In this document: positions 63,054 to 64,000 of the stretch, in pieces
Layout of the letters: each line of letters opens with the position of its first letter
Numbering within the stretch: the stretch's first letter is position 1
Origin: Gemmatimonadales bacterium
GTDB taxonomy: Bacteria > Gemmatimonadota > Gemmatimonadetes > Gemmatimonadales > GWC2-71-9
Length of the DNA: 64,000 bases
Direction of reading: 5' to 3'
Assembly (NCBI GenBank): GCA_965249575.1
Contig: OZ252244.1
Coordinates: 1,440,001 to 1,504,000, forward strand
The notes under the pieces: generated by a model
Told to the model about the DNA's origin: nothing
Databases searched by the model: none
Seen by the model: only the letters and a program-made list of their open reading frames with translations
Program-made: the position numbers and the translations under genes

Positions 63054-63893
63054 TCAAATGAACCGGATCTCCAGCGCGTCGCGTACGTGCCGGTACCCGA
63101 TTCGCTGGTAGATCGAGTTCGACGTCGGGTTCGACAGGTCGGCGTAGAGGAAACAGAACCGACGGCCTTGGTCCAGCATGCGCTGGGAGAGCGCGGCGAC
63201 GCAGCTCGATGCGTACCCGCGTCCCCGCAGCTCCTCCGGGGTGTAGACGAACGCGATCCGTGCGCCGTTCGGCGTATTACCGGTGACGCCCGCCATCGAC
63301 CGAGGCTCGCCGTCCTCCCAGAAGAACATCGACTCCGAGCGCACGAGACTTCGGGTCAATCGCTCGAGGCTCCCCGCCGGCACCCCCGCAAAACGTATCA
63401 TCGCCTCGGCCCAATCGAGCACCAATGGCAGGTCCGCATCGGTAGCGAGTCGAAGACCGCCTGGCGCCGGCTTACTCGGAGAGATGACCTCCTCGAGCGC
63501 GTAAATGCCTTGGCGCATTCCCCGCTCCCATTCCCCACCGAACTCAAGGGTCCACAGGTCGGCGAACTGCACCGCGGCCGGTTCCGGACCGAGGACACCC
63601 GGTAAAGAGCCGTACACTTCCCGAACGTCCCGCACGAGGCGAGGGATCGCCGACTCGGGCGCGCGCGTGAGCCCCAACTTGAACGGCGGCGTGCGAAAGG
63701 CACACGTCACGATCGACTCGTTCTCTACCACCGCCGCGAGGTAGATCGGCTCCTCGAAGGGATGGTCGCCGCGGCGCACCTGGTGCGCCACGCCGAGGAT
63801 GAGGTTGTTCTCGGCCTCCGCCTGGCGCAGCCAACCCTCGGCGCGCTCAAGAAACGAGTCGACGTCGTCGAATCGGATAACTCTCAATGGCAA
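63054..63893 (-). CDS. GNAT-family N-acetyltransferase
   Basis: EAENNLILG, VYTPEELRGRGYAS, LYADLSNPTSNSIYQRIGY. Confidence 0.92.
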   Translation of the reverse strand: MPLRVIRFDDVDSFLERAEGWLRQAEAENNLILGVAHQVRRGDHPFEEPIYLAAVVENESIVTCAFRTPPFKLGLTRAPESAIPRLVRDVREVYGSLPGVLGPEPAAVQFADLWTLEFGGEWERGMRQGIYALEEVISPSKPAPGGLRLATDADLPLVLDWAEAMIRFAGVPAGSLERLTRSLVRSESMFFWEDGEPRSMAGVTGNTPNGARIAFVYTPEELRGRGYASSCVAALSQRMLDQGRRFCFLYADLSNPTSNSIYQRIGYRHVRDALEIRFI

Positions 63894-63910
63894 TCATCCC
63901 TCGCGCCCAT

Positions 63911-63938
63911 CTCACCTCTCACTTCTCACCGCTCACTT
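63911..63938. repeat. Tandem heptamer repeat (CTCACNN x4)
   Basis: ctcacct ctcactt ctcaccg ctcactt. Confidence 0.8.
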
Positions 63939-64000
63939 CAAGGTCTTCAGGTACGCAATGAGCTTCGCCCGCACGTCAGCATCGCCTATCCCCTCGAACT
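63933..64000 (-). CDS. C-terminus of a probable class I cytochrome c (runs off the window end)
   Basis: Manual translation FEGIGDADVRAKLIAYLKTLK*; the heme motif is not in the window. Confidence 0.55.
   Translation of the reverse strand, partial: FEGIGDADVRAKLIAYLKTLK

Noticed and set aside
61044..63938. CRISPR array or mobile-element ends among the short repeats
   Set aside because: Repeat units are 3-7 nt without unique spacers, and no cas, transposase or integrase gene is present in the window.

Overview
GC-rich bacterial chromosomal window with about 55 CDS. The gene content suggests Gemmatimonadota (inference; no search was run). I found no rRNA, tRNA, CRISPR array or recognisable mobile element. 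Most of the window is housekeeping: late futalosine-type menaquinone genes, a SigW-like ECF operon, mrp, nrnA, guaB, a W/Mo-cofactor operon (tupBC-queD-fdhD-mobAB-moeA), ETF/ETF-QO, PolX, Lhr, oligopeptidase B, acyl-CoA enzymes and secreted lipoproteins. The most notable element is the sulfur-assimilation operon at 30157-36775: a sigma70 promoter, a thrC-like PLP enzyme, a MoaD/CysO-like sulfur carrier with a masked Gly-Gly, a JAB peptidase, APS reductase, cysG and sulfite reductase. It contains two poly-cysteine micro-ORFs (30235-30330 and 32419-32511) that the ORF track does not call as genes. Each is followed by an intrinsic terminator and overlaps a mutually exclusive antiterminator, so the operon looks like it carries two cysteine-sensing transcription attenuators in series. 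The window also has many gene lesions: two in-frame amber codons, three 1-nt frameshifts, two internal deletions and a probable ATG-to-ACG start change. These may reflect real decay or assembly error.
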